DNA of 64,000 nucleotides. It comes from Lama glama. Taxonomy: Eukaryota. Shown here in pieces: positions 12,703-24,507 of this stretch (positions are counted from its first letter, which is position 1; the number at the start of each line of letters is the position of its first letter). The notes below the pieces were generated by a model. That model was given only the letters and a program-made list of their open reading frames with translations, searched no databases and was not told the origin of the DNA. The position numbers were made by a program, and so were the translations under genes. Where the stretch lies: positions 59,088,001 through 59,152,000 of the forward strand of contig CM052816.1 in assembly GCA_028534125.1 (NCBI GenBank), written 5' to 3'.

Positions 12703-12849
12703 AAAGAATCAGAAGAGGAACTGTATGGAAGGAGTTAACCATGGGTAAAAAGAGGAATGGGAGATAAGAGAAAGGAGAAGACAACTACCATTGTAATGAT
12801 TGTTTTCTAAGTGCCAGGCACGTTGACCCTTTCAGTAACCCTTTAAAGT

Positions 12850-13314
12850 CATCAGGGCCCCAGGAAATTACAGGTGTAACCACAAATGAAGATCATTGGA
12901 AGAAGGTTTAATAAATAGATGATTTGCAAAGTGAAGGCCGGAATAAGGGATTTGTAAGAGAGAGGGTGTTATCTCTGGGCTAGTAGCAAAGGAGCTGTCA
13001 CTTCTTTGGAGGGTTGAAGGAAGGGAGGAATTTTCAGAATCCCAAAGGAAAAAGTGTTGTAGATAGGGGTATCTGGAGAGCAGTAGTGACCTTCGCTTGA
13101 AGGACGCAATCAGATAGAAGCCCACAGGGAGAGAGCCAATGGCATCATTTCCCGCACCCCCCCCCCACCGCTGTCTCCTGCTGGAGCAGGAGCCTATTGT
13201 ACCCAACAGGGGAGTCTAGTGAAGTATTTCATCCAGGCCAGTCTCCGTGGCAGAAAGGGAGCTAGTAAAAGGTACAAGAGGATCTGTAGGGGTAAACAGA
13301 ACATATCCTGCACA
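12850..13314 (-). mobile_element. ERVL-type solo LTR splitting a MIR
   Basis: LTR-like text ending ggggtaaacagaacatatcctgcaca. MIR-like pieces lie on both sides (about 12790-12848 and 13315-13470). Confidence 0.55.
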
Positions 13315-14415
13315 GGTGGGTTCCACTGTCATCACTGGTCCCCTCCTGCCTACCATTCCACAGACGATGAAAGTTAGATTTGATCAAGTAAATAGTGTCC
13401 CTCAGTAAAGGCTGGGCTAGAAATAGAACCCAGACATTCTGACTCCAGGACCCACATTGTCTTCACTATTGTGTTACCCTGAGTTTAGATGGAAGGGACC
13501 TTAGAGAGAATCCGCTTTTCTCTTCCAGCTCAGCTTTTGCAGCATAGTTTTTAGGTGGTCCTTTAATTACTCCTTAAATATATGCCTGCCTGGGGACCAA
13601 CCACAGTCCTGTGGTCACTTTTTTCCCACTAAAGGATCCCTCTATGACTGGAAAGTTCTTCCCTGTACTGGACAAACTCAGGAGGTCACATTTACTGATG
13701 TAAAAAATTATAGATAAATGCATACATATACAGACATTTGAATCTCCAAGCTTTTTTCTTTACCCACTTTCTTATGTTTTTCTTTTCGGAGTTCCTAGAA
13801 ACACTCCTTCATTTCTGTTTTTCTTTCTGTGGCCCTCTTGGTGTCCTTTTCTAGATTCAGTTGTAGGATTTTTTTGTTTTTTTCTATGGACTCTCCCTCC
13901 TCTAGCCAGATCATCACTTTCCATAGCATTCATCTTAATTCAAAGTCACAGCCTTTGATCGAAAGGAACTAGGGTACAAGTTTTTCTTTTTCTTTGTTAA
14001 AGGGTTAAGCTCTTAAAAGTCATGGAGGGTGTATTACCAGGTCATTTGGTGGCTGCTCAGTCCCGTGTGAATCAGCGGAAGTGGGTAGTGGTCAGGGAGG
14101 GTGATGCATCTTGGCAGGATTTGCACTGCGTCTCACACACACTCCAGGAAGAAGGCTCACCTTGTGGATGGCCACATGAAGCCCCAGATCTGCCTTTTGC
14201 ATGCCACAGTGGGAGGGCACTGTGGGCACCCTTCCATGCTGGATGTGGTACCAGGATACCGCTAACCTGGTGTGCTCATGAGTCCTTTTTATTGTTTCAT
14301 GGAACATAGAATGTGGTTTCTTTTTCAGAATAAACCTAGAACTTGATGAAACTCTGTGGACTCTGGTGAGGATGACGGTAGTGACAATAACAACAAAGTT
14401 TTATCTAGTGCTTAA

Positions 14416-15630
14416 TCCTTGGTATACAAGTATAGTTTTCAATATTTACCATTTGCTGCCAACAAACCCTTTTTAAGCTATTAAGTAGTGGGGAAAACAA
14501 CTTTATTAGAAATTTTGATAAAAATTTAAACATAGCAAATCCCAATTTTTTATTCCATGTTTTCCTGGTTTAGAAGGTACTTACACCAAAAATGGGCAAC
14601 TTCCTGTGAACACCATTAACTGGTCAGCTGTTGTGTATGATACTGGAACATATCCATCTTGTAAATCTGATTCCAGGTTTCAAATCCATCTGTAAAAGTT
14701 TTTGCTTATTGTTACTTCTGATTTTATCTTCTTACAGGTAACAACATCATCAAAATATAATACTTTTGAAAACTTTGATGGCTCATAATTTTGAGAGGAA
14801 AGCTATCTTTGTTCCATGATTGCAAAATGTTTCAGATTTATAAACGTGAATTAGAGTGATCAATAGAACTTTTGATATTTACATTATCCATTTTCTTTCA
14901 TTCACCTTTTTATACATAGCTGCCCTATCCACTTATGACCCATATCAAGTGAAATTTTGGTGTCATCATAAAGATAAAAGAATATTGTCATTCATCTTTT
15001 TAGTAAAATAGGATGGTACAAGTTCTGATCACAAAATATTTCATGATAAAGTTCTTATTGAGTGACTAACTCATTGAGAACACTGTACTTCCTTTTTGTC
15101 TTTAGAAGTATAGTGTCCACTCAAATGATTCTAGAATTTGAGAAAATTCACCTAGGATATTGTCATCTGAAGACTTGTCTGAGATTTCACTTGTGTGAAA
15201 TCTTTTGGCATTAATCTCTGCTTTGTTTGATAATTATGAAACATCTTCCTCTGTAAATTTCCTTATTTTTGCTATTTAGGTTAGAAAATAAAATTATAAA
15301 TTCTCAGCTGTGTTGACTGAAAGATTAAAAAAAACCTACAAAGATGGTATCCCTTGTCTTCTCTTGATCCTTGGAAGGTGCTGCAATACTTGGGGCAAGA
15401 CAACAGGAAAACTGTAGGGTGATGTAATAGTGATGGTTTATTTCATTATTGTATCAGTCTTTTAAGCAATTCTATTATTTTTCCATTTCACGTTAGTTTA
15501 GTGATTCTTTTTAAAGTATAGTTGAGAATAGTTCTTGAGTAATATCAAATAATGCCCAAGATGATGAATAGCAAGGTATTTTAAGATATAGGAAAAATAA
15601 AATTGCTAAGATCCTCTAATGTATCTTAAA
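14416..15630 (-). mobile_element. piggyBac-family fossil (Looper-like) with decayed transposase N-terminal half
   Basis: TTAA at 14412-14415 abuts the terminus. Minus-strand translation gives AKIRKFTEEDVS (from about 15275), W..D..PL.IMSHQSFQK, LYFDD, and TADQLMVFTGSCPFLV*VPSKPGKHGIKNW (14533-14661). The last matches the piggyBac T(I/V)DEQL..FRGRCPF..YIP.KP.KYGIK motif. Confidence 0.9.
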
Positions 15631-15642
15631 TTTAAAAAAATT

Positions 15643-15692
15643 GGGGGTGGGTGGATAAGACTCAGTGGTGGTACATGCTTAGCACTCACAAG
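15643..15692 (+). mobile_element. 5' part of a tRNA-derived SINE, cut by the gap
   Basis: ggggg...ataagactcagtggtggtacatgcttagcactcacaag resembles the head of the 12556 SINE. Confidence 0.7.
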
Positions 15693-16192
15693 NNNNNNNN
15701 NNNNNNNNNNNNNNNNNNNNNNNNNNNNNNNNNNNNNNNNNNNNNNNNNNNNNNNNNNNNNNNNNNNNNNNNNNNNNNNNNNNNNNNNNNNNNNNNNNNN
15801 NNNNNNNNNNNNNNNNNNNNNNNNNNNNNNNNNNNNNNNNNNNNNNNNNNNNNNNNNNNNNNNNNNNNNNNNNNNNNNNNNNNNNNNNNNNNNNNNNNNN
15901 NNNNNNNNNNNNNNNNNNNNNNNNNNNNNNNNNNNNNNNNNNNNNNNNNNNNNNNNNNNNNNNNNNNNNNNNNNNNNNNNNNNNNNNNNNNNNNNNNNNN
16001 NNNNNNNNNNNNNNNNNNNNNNNNNNNNNNNNNNNNNNNNNNNNNNNNNNNNNNNNNNNNNNNNNNNNNNNNNNNNNNNNNNNNNNNNNNNNNNNNNNNN
16101 NNNNNNNNNNNNNNNNNNNNNNNNNNNNNNNNNNNNNNNNNNNNNNNNNNNNNNNNNNNNNNNNNNNNNNNNNNNNNNNNNNNNNNNNNNNN
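15693..16192. other. Assembly gap (500 N)
   Basis: Run of N. Confidence 1.
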
Positions 16193-16428
16193 ACCTCGTT
16201 GTAGTTTTGATTTGCATTTCTCTGATAATTAGTGATATTGAACATTTTTTCATGTGCTTTTTGATCATTTGTATGTCTCCCTTGGAGAATTGCTTGTTTA
16301 GGTCTTCTGCCCATTTTTGGATTGGGTTGTTTATTTTTTTCTTATTGAGTCGTATGAGCTGCTTATATATTTTGGAGATCAAGCCTTTGTCGTTTTCACT
16401 TGCAAAAATTTTCTCCCATTCCGTAGGT
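16193..16428 (-). mobile_element. Young L1 ORF2 fragment
   Basis: Minus-strand [63 protein letters not shown] is the typical L1 ORF2 C-terminal region. Confidence 0.92.
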
Positions 16429-16429
16429 T

Positions 16430-16700
16430 CCCAACTCTGTTACTCAACTCAGGGAGACTGTTGGGCTCTGCCCAGGTTCTTTGTCCTTGTGCTGCAGCCT
16501 GGAAACTCTGTCCAGGAAGTAAGCTATTGATTAGGACCCGTTTAATTTGTTTAACATTTTTCAGAGATCACTGTCCTTTGTTGCCTCATGCCTTATGTCT
16601 TGAAAAACACTGTTTCACATATTTAATAATAGTTTTGGTTGTTTCAGGGAAGAGGGTAACTTCAGTCTGTTATTCCATCTTGATCAGAAGTAAAAGTTCT
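16430..16700 (-). mobile_element. Old L1M/L1ME 5'-end fragment
   Basis: ctcaactcagggagactgttgggctctg ... gcagcctggaaactct ... ctgttattccatcttgatcagaagt. Similar text occurs at about 53.9-54.15 kb. Confidence 0.6.
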
Positions 16701-16856
16701 CAGTTAAATACTTGGAATTAGGCTCTATTTAACTCCACTGTTTGGAGTCTGAGATGCTCAAAAATGCCCACACTACCAATCATAGGATATCAGCCTTTTC
16801 TGTGTTTATAGATTGAGGATATCATGTTAATTAATTATAGCATTCCACCAATATTC

Positions 16857-16872
16857 GTGTGTGTGTGTGTGT
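16857..16872. repeat. (GT)n microsatellite
   Basis: gtgtgtgtgtgtgtgt. Confidence 0.9.
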
Positions 16873-17737
16873 GGATGGGAATTAAAACAATAAAACAGAA
16901 TGTCTAGTACAAACCCTAATCTGGATCTGTTGCGTTCTGAAGGAGAAATAGGATAGACTGTCTGCACATTGTTGGTTTCTTTACAGTTCAGTTTTTCTTT
17001 CCCATTTTTCAAATCAGCCTGATTTCCAGTGGGGATCCACAGTTATCTGCTCTCCCTTCATGCTGAGTGAGTACTTTCTTTTTATTATTCTTACAGTGAT
17101 ATCAGCTCTTAGTTTAGAAAGAGTTGCCTTGATCTTGGGATCACACAATGCCCATTAAATTATCTAGAAGTTCTTGCAAGTTCTATATCAATACTTCTTT
17201 TATTCACAAGTTTCCACAGCCAGGTACCCTGGGGTCTGGAGATGAGTGTGAGAAAATAAAATGTGTTGTTATGAGCCTTCTTGGTGGTTGAGACATGTGA
17301 GCTACTTTAGGGCTTAATGTTATGTTGCACTGACGAGCAGCTTCCTTTCCTGGACCAGGGAGAGGCTGAGAGTCCTTGCCCATCCTGGGCTGCTGTTTTT
17401 TCCAGCCCACCTGCAGCACAGCCTCTGGAAGCCAATGCCTGTGTTTGTTGGGTGTAGGGTGGGACAGGGGAGATTCTTGTGTGCTTGCTTGGAAGCAAAA
17501 AACACCCCCTGCCAAAGCTAGCTACTGATGTTTCCCTGAGTCACTCTGCTCATCTCACAAAGAAACAAATGCTTACAAAAAGAATAGCTTTTGTGGAACT
17601 GGCCAAATCACAGATCCTTAGATTTAGAATGAAACTGAAGAGACCAGATCCAAGGCATTCAAATGTATAAACAGGCGAGAGAACCATGTAGATATGGGGG
17701 AGTAAGTTTGTGAAATCTAAACTTGTGCTTTAAAAGA

Positions 17738-17885
17738 TGCTTTTCAAACTTTAATGTGCATGTGAATCATGTGGGAAACTTACTGATACAGTAGGTCTAG
17801 GGTGGGGCCTGAGATTCTGCATTTCTCATGAGGTTCCAGATGCTGTCTATGCTGCTGATTTGGGGACCACACTTTGAGTAGCAAG
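17738..17885. mobile_element. MER5A
   Basis: ttcaaactttaatgtgcatgtgaatca ... gtaggtctagggtggggcctgagattctgcatttct ... ggaccacactttgagtagcaagg. Confidence 0.85.
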
Positions 17886-18099
17886 GCTCTGAAGGAATTG
17901 ATTCAGAAGTAAATACGTGAGAAAAAAGAGAAATGTAATCACAATCAATATTCATTCATTTACTTAGCATTTAAAGGCCTATCACGTATAATGAACTATA
18001 CTTAGTAATATGGAAAAAAGGAGACTCAGAATAAAGCCTCCATTTACAAAGTAGAAACAGGTTTATAAAATATAGAGAGAGTGCTTTTGATTGTAAGTA

Positions 18100-18335
18100 G
18101 TATAGTGCAGAACCTGGTGGTTAGAGATGTCTGGGCTTCAATCCTGCTCTGTAAACTGATCAAACTATTTAATTGCCATGTGGTTCAGTCTTCTTATCTG
18201 TGAAATGGAAAAATAAGAAAAATGGTAGCACTTACAGAAGAAGGATGTTAAATGAGTTAAATGAGGATAAATGAGTTGATACATGTAAAAACTTAGAACA
18301 GTGACTGGCACATAGAAAGGACTAAAAATAGTTCT
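18100..18335 (+). mobile_element. MIR SINE
   Basis: tcagtcttcttatctgtgaaatgga ... acatgtaaaaacttagaacagtgactggcacatag. Confidence 0.75.
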
Positions 18336-18745
18336 TATAATACAAGTTGAAATGTGAGAAAGGTCATAAAATAGGTTTAGATAAAATATGGAGTTTAATC
18401 CCAGTCAGTTGTCAGTGACCATTTCTTTCCAGCCATACATTTGGAAATGAAGTTTTTTCCTGTCAGAAATAGGCAAATACAAAGGGCAACTCTTAGGTTT
18501 CCCTACCATATGGGGAGAAAATGAGGAGAGAATTTGGGAGAAAAGATTTGAAAAGTTGTCATCAAAGTTTCTTTCTATTCTGATTCTCCTTCTTTTCTTC
18601 CATAAATCTGAAGAACTGGCTCTGCTACTTATTACCTGAAAGAATGATACGTTTCTTAATCTGTCTCTGCCCCAATAGCCTTTTCTGTAAATGGAGATAA
18701 CAATGTCTGTGTGATTGTGTAGCCGTGAAAATTCAAAACAAAATT

Positions 18746-19268
18746 TTGGGAGGTTGAATAATAATGATGATGATGATGATGATGATGATAATAATAATAA
18801 TAATAGCAGCCCCAAAGATATCCAGGTTCCAATTCCTGGAAATGGTAAATGTTGGTTTATATGGCCAAAGAGACTTGGTAGATGTGATTAAGTGAAAGAT
18901 CTTGAGATCAAGAAATTATCCTGGATTATCTGAGTGGACCCAATACAATTGTAAGTGTTTTTAAAAGAGGGAGGCAGAGCAAGATGTAACACAGAAGAAG
19001 GCAGCATGACCACTGAAGCAAGATGCTACATGACTGACTTTGAAGATGAAAGAAGGGATCATCAACCAAGAAATACAGCTCTAGAAGGTAGAAAAGTCAA
19101 GAAAACAGATTCTCCTCTAGAGGCTGCCGAAGGGAGTATGGCCTTGATTTTGGCCAGGTGAAACTGAATTCAGACTTCTGATCCCTAGAACCATGAGAGT
19201 AAATGTGCATTGTTTTAAGCTACCAATTTTGTGTTGATTTGTTACAGTGGGAACAGGAAACAAATGCA
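18746..19268 (+). mobile_element. MLT1 (ERVL-MaLR) solo LTR, MLT1C/D-like
   Basis: ccccaaagatatccagg ... gatgtgattaag..gatcttgagat...ttatcctggattatc ... gattctcctctagag ... ttgttacagtgggaacaggaaacaaatgca. Confidence 0.85.
18758..18804. repeat. Compound (AAT)/(GAT) trinucleotide microsatellite
   Basis: aataataatgatgatgat...gataataataataataat. Confidence 0.95.
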
Positions 19269-20989
19269 AAAATTATGAAAAGCAGCCATGGAGCTGGTCA
19301 GAAATGTTGTTTTTCATTTCTTCCCTAATGAGAGAGCCATCACTAGTGTGTAAGATCTTTAAGGCCGCTGTAAGTCTTAGTTTTCCATGAAGAAGCCTAT
19401 AGCCATGAAGTAGTCTCTCCTTGTCCATGAAGTTGAGATGTGAATGAAACAATCCTCATGATTCTTCAGAAGGATATTAATAAGTTTAGGGACTATGCCG
19501 CTCTTAGAAGTCTTAAGACTAGTTGACCAGATGTCCCAAATGAAAACACTTCTGATTTTCAGTTTGCTTCAGTTGGATATTTGTCCTGTGGTCTGAATCA
19601 AGTCTAATGGATCCTGCTGGAAACTTCAGAAACTTCAGAACACAAAGATCTAGTTATTTCAAAAAAGAACTTTCAGAAGGGAGGAAAAAGGAAGGGATAA
19701 TGATCTGTAAAGTGATTAAAAAGCTTTGTTTATGTTTAGAATTTCTTATCCTTTCAAGTTTCAATTTGGGGTCTAAAAGACACTTTGTTTAGTTTCTCTA
19801 AGTTGGTAATGATAAACTTTTGGCATTTGAGTCAAGAAGGAGAAAGGTTTTGTGAAAAAATTAACTTTAGATATTCTTGATATAAACCGGTATGATTCAG
19901 TAACACAAGATTAAATTCATGGGCCTGTAAATCTTTAAATAAAGAAAAATGTTCAGAAAAGTTTAGTTAATCCACTAATTATAGAATAAAAGTATCTTTT
20001 TCGTCTTCCCTGAATCTCTCTTTCTCACCTTCCCCCTTAGACACAGGGGCACACCAATACCAGTATGACACTTAAAGAGAGCCAAGAAGGGCAAGTCGGC
20101 AGTCAAGACCAGCCTCCTCGTCTTCTCACACTGTCTACTCTCTTTAATCTTGCATACTCCACTAGCTAATTTTCTTAAAGAGATGATCTAAGTTGTCAGC
20201 ACAAAAGTTTCTGATAATTCATTAATTTAAATATTTTTGAGACTATCATATTACTATGTTCATTTCCATTAGCACTCAGTTAAATACATTCATTTTACCA
20301 AGAGTTAAAAGAGATTTTAAAGGCTTCATAAAAATGTTGCATTTGATAACCTTTTTAGTCAACCTTGCAAGTTAGCCTGGGCATCCTGAAAATTTTGTCC
20401 TTTGATATAGAGGGCCTAAAATTTAATCCTCAGTTGAGATATTTATGGCAGCATTTGGGAAACTGTATTGTGCTATGTAAATGTTAGATAATCATCACAA
20501 TAATTGCAGCAACCACATCCCACTAGAAACCATTTGGAGAACATTATATACAGTGGAGCGTCATGTGGTCAAGTAAGGCCTCCTCTAAATGGATTCCTCT
20601 TCCATAAGGAGGTTCAGAGTGCCTGACTTTGGCCTTCACACAGAGAAGAATCTTTTCTGTGTGGTCACAATATTGAGTGCCCTTTCCTGATATGCACCAA
20701 TCCTCCAGTGCCTGACATTGAGTCCTGACTCCTACATCCTGTATTATGTAAGCCAGGTGTCACCAACTGCAGATTTTTCCTTTCTTCCTTCCCCCTTATT
20801 ACACTTTTCCTCTTTTATTCTCTCCAGCTAGCTGTTTTCTTCCCCAGGCTACCAATCTCCTAATTCTAATTCTATCTTAAGAAATACTTTAAACTGTCAG
20901 AAAGGTGGGGGGGGGGAGGAGCTGTTTTGAGTATTATAAATAGGTGCCATGAAGTTCATGCATGAAGTCACACCCCCTGTAGATCAGGT

Positions 20990-21400
20990 TACAGGCAAAC
21001 AGGCCAAATCATGGAGGGCGTTGTGTGCCAAGTGAAGGTGTTTCAACCTCATCCTGAATTTAGAGGTTGTTTTTAAGGGGATTTTAAGTGTCATTATTTT
21101 AAGACTAGATTTGCATTTTAGATAGATTATTCTCAGAGCAGTACAGAGATTGGTGAACCTTCTGTGAGGTTGTGGGTTGGGTGGAGTGGAGTGGTCAGGA
21201 GAGAGGGTGAGTTTGGGGGCAGATAGGCTAGTGAGGAAGGTATTGGAGCAGACAAATAGTTACAGAACTCTGAACTAAAACAAGTACAAAGGGAGTGGAG
21301 AAAAGGGAATTAGATAATTATGACATTTAGGCAATGGCTGTACAGGACATAGCAAGTACGTGAAAGTGGGGGGCCAGGAATCAAATAGAAGAATATGTAA
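20990..21400 (-). mobile_element. L2 fragment
   Basis: aggccaaatcatggagggcgttgtgtgccaagtgaagg ... agatttgcattttagatagattattctc. Confidence 0.6.
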
Positions 21401-21439
21401 GCAGATAAGAGACCTAGGTCAAAAAAACCTTCCTAATTT

Positions 21440-23042
21440 CTCCACATGAAAATAATAGTTCCTATGCTATTTTTCTTTCTCTTTCTGGCTTACTTCACTT
21501 AAAATGAGAATCTCCAGGTCCATCTATGTTGCTACAAATGGCACTATTTTATTCTTTTTTAATAGCTGAGTAGTATCCCATTATATAAATATACCACAAC
21601 TTCTTTATCAATTTATATGTCAATGGACATTTAGGTTGTTTCCATGTCTTGGCCATGGTAAATACTGCTGCTATGAACATTGAGGTGCATGTATCTTTTC
21701 GAATTAGAGTTCCCTCTGGGTATATGCCCAGGAATGGGATAGATGGATCATATGATAAGTTTTTTTTTAGTTTTTTGAGGAATCTTCATACTGTTTTCCA
21801 TAGAGGCTGCACCAAACTACATTCTCACAAACAGTGTAGGAGGATTCCCTTTTCTTAACACCCTCTCCAGCATTTATCAGTTGTGGACTTTTTAAGGATG
21901 GCCGTTCTGACTGGTGTGAGGTCATACCTCCTTGTAGGTTTGATTTGCATTTCTCTGAGAATTAGTGATATTGAGCATTTTTTCATGTGCCTATTGGCCA
22001 GTTGTATGTCTTCATTGGAGACTTACTTGTTTAGGTCTTCTGCCCATTTTTGAATTTGTTTGTTTACTTTTTTGTTATTAAGTTGTATGAGCTGTTTAAT
22101 ATATATTCTGGAAATTAAGCCTTCATGAGTTGCATCATTTGCAAATATTTTCTCCCATTCCATAGGTTGTCTTTCATTTTGCTTATGGTTTCCTTTGCTG
22201 TGCAAAAGCTTCAAAGTTTAATTAGGTCCCATTTGTTTATTTTTGCTTTTATTTCTATTGCCTGGGTAGACTGCCCTAGGAGACCATTGCTAAGATTTAT
22301 TGCAAAGAATGTTTTGCCTATGTTTTCTTCTAGGAGATTTATCATGTCTTGTCTTATATTTAAGTCTTTAAGCCATTTTGAGTTTATTTTTGTGTATGGT
22401 GTGAGGTTCTCATTTCATTGATTTACATGCTGCTGTCCAGTTTTCCCAACACCACTTGCTAAGGGAGACTATCTTTTCTCCATTGTATATTCTTGCCTCT
22501 TTTGTCAAAGATTAGTTGACCATAGGTCTGTGGGTTTATTTCTGGGCTCTCTATTCTGTTCCATTAATCCATGTGTCTGTTTTTATGCCATTATCATGCT
22601 GTTTTGATTACTGTAGCTGTGTAGTATTGTCTGAAGTCTGGGAGGGTTATTCTTCCAGCTTCATTCTTTTTCTTCAGTATTGCTTTGACAATTCTGGGTC
22701 TGTGATTCCATATAAATTTTGGGATTATTTGTTCTAATTCTGTGAAAACTGTCATAGGTAATTTGACAGGGATTGCACTAAATCTATAGATTTATTTGGG
22801 TAGTATGGCCATTTTAATGATAGTGATTATCCAAATCCAAGAGCATGGGATATCTTTCCATTTCTTTAAGTCATCTTTAATTTCCTTAATCAGTGTTTTG
22901 TAGTTCTCTGTGTATAAGACTTTTACCTCCTTGGCCAGATTTATTCCTAAGTATTTTATTTTTTTGCATATAATTTTAAAAGGAATTGTTTCTTTACTTT
23001 TTTTCTTTACTGATATTTTGTTGTTAGTGTAAAGAAATGCAA
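21440..23042 (-). mobile_element. Young L1, inverted 5' segment (3' UTR plus ORF2 3' part)
   Basis: Minus-strand ORF2 peptides: [19 protein letters not shown], and [49 protein letters not shown]. Confidence 0.93.
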
Positions 23043-23157
23043 TATGGAAACAAATATATGTATGTATATGCATGAGTTGGACATTATGCTCTCCACCAGA
23101 GACTGATACATTGTAACCGACTATACTTCAACAAAAAGAAAAGAAAAGGAAAAAAAA
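23043..23157 (+). mobile_element. L1 extreme 3' end with A-rich tail (sense part of the inverted L1)
   Basis: ...gatacattgtaaccgactatacttcaac followed by aaaaagaaaagaaaaggaaaaaaaa. It is approximately the reverse complement of the L1 tips at 4.3, 32.9 and 52.5 kb. Confidence 0.85.
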
Positions 23158-23187
23158 GCTCCTTCCTAGACTAAATTGTTACTGTTT

Positions 23188-23315
23188 TTTGGTGGGGTAA
23201 GGAAGGTAATTAGGTGTATGTATGTGTATATTTAATGAAGGTATTGGGGATTGAACCCAGGACCTTGTGCATGCTAAGCATGCACTCTACCACTGAGCTA
23301 TACCCTCCCCCTCCC
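23188..23315 (-). mobile_element. tRNA-derived SINE (Vic-1-like) with TSD
   Basis: ggggattgaacccaggaccttgtgcatgctaagcatgcactctaccactgagctataccctcccc. TSD taaattgttactgttt (23172-23187) / taaattgtcattgttt (23317-23332). Confidence 0.9.
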
Positions 23316-23399
23316 TTAAATTGTCATTGTTTACACTTCTTTTTGGCTCTTATGACCTTGTATTTTGTATTTTGGTTTTTTATTAATGTATTTTATTCT

Positions 23400-23750
23400 G
23401 CTACTGAGTGGTAAATTGCTAAGGCACAAGGACTGTTTTTGTCCTTATATTCCTGAAATATCTAATTCTACTCCTTAGGCTAACTAAATAAGCACTAAAT
23501 AAATATGCTGAATAAATAAGTGAAAAAATGAATTAAATTTTACAGTACTCTACAATTTGTGAAGTACTCTCATGTATGTAAATCATTTGATACAACATCT
23601 TTGGAAAAGGTAAGTATGGCAGTTGCTGTTATTCCCGTTTTTCAGATGAGAAAACCTGTGGTCAGAAATACTGATATAACATAGCTAGTAACTGGCAGAG
23701 CTAGTTACAGGCGTAATTCATCCGGTCCAGCAACTACCCCTCAACTGTAC
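23400..23750. mobile_element. L2 3' end (+) followed by MIR (-)
   Basis: aagcactaaataaatatgctgaataaat, then gttattcccgttttcagatgagaaaac-like MIR core text. Confidence 0.6.
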
Positions 23751-23954
23751 TCTTTTTCATTATAAAGGTCTCAATGTCCTCACCTAGGACTGTTTATTCT
23801 TCATAAATTAGGTGTTGCATTTTGTAGCCACTTCCATGTTAAGTGCCACAAAAATTAATGATGGAGAGGAGTGGAGTGTGATGACAAGGGCAGACCCCCA
23901 GAGTAAGTGGTAGAGGCTAAGAAACAGGCAAAAAAAAAAAGACTGGAAAACCAT

Positions 23955-24420
23955 GTGTACCAATGTTGTCTGTGGATACACAGCATCATTTCCTCCCTTC
24001 CAAACCCTCTCCTGTGTACAAGCCCCAGAAGTCTGGAAACTACATTTCCTTTTACTAGAAAAGTTCAGATTTTGGTTTTACCAATGAGAGCTGCTCTCAT
24101 AAGCTGTAGAATGTGAAAAAGGAGAAGCTGTTTTCTAGCTTTAACCTGAGCGGGCAGGTAGACATCAGTAGACAGCAAAGGGAAGTTTTTTCAAGAACTT
24201 CCAGATAACCCCCTGATAATCACCTACTCTTGTACCACAGTTAGTTCAGGTCATAGGCAGCAGTCTCCTATCAAGCTATCATTTCCTGGATTATTAAGTG
24301 CTAGCAGTGATATTCCTGATTCTTGTATCACTCAGCCTTTCCAATGATTGCATATGCGCTAAATCCCTATATTAAATTCCGTCTTCTTCAAATACCTAGA
24401 GATTCTATTTTCCTAATATA
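23955..24420 (+). mobile_element. ERVL-type solo LTR (LTR33/LTR16-like)
   Basis: ccagaagtctggaaactacatttcc ... ccctatattaaattcc...aaatacctagagattctattttcct. Confidence 0.6.
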
Positions 24421-24458
24421 TACACCGTGCAGAGAAAATGTAAGTATTAAAAAAGTAT

Positions 24459-24507
24459 GGCACACCTGAAATTAACACAATATTGTAAATCAACTATAGT
24501 TAACTTT
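24459..24507 (+). mobile_element. Ultra-short L1 3' tip with 12-bp TSD
   Basis: cacacctgaaattaacacaatattgtaaatcaactata, flanked by ttaaaaaagtat at 24447-24458 and 24508-24519. Confidence 0.75.

Noticed and set aside
14530..15275. Possible domesticated PGBD-like gene
   Set aside because: Multiple stops and frameshifts, start codon apparently lost, and the C-terminal catalytic half is absent.
15606..16530. Long ORFs of 193-303 aa
   Set aside because: Artefacts of reading through the N gap. The real part is L1 ORF2.
18405..18815. ORF starting MGLLLLLLLSSSSSSS, resembling a signal peptide
   Set aside because: The Leu and Ser runs are the translated trinucleotide microsatellite.
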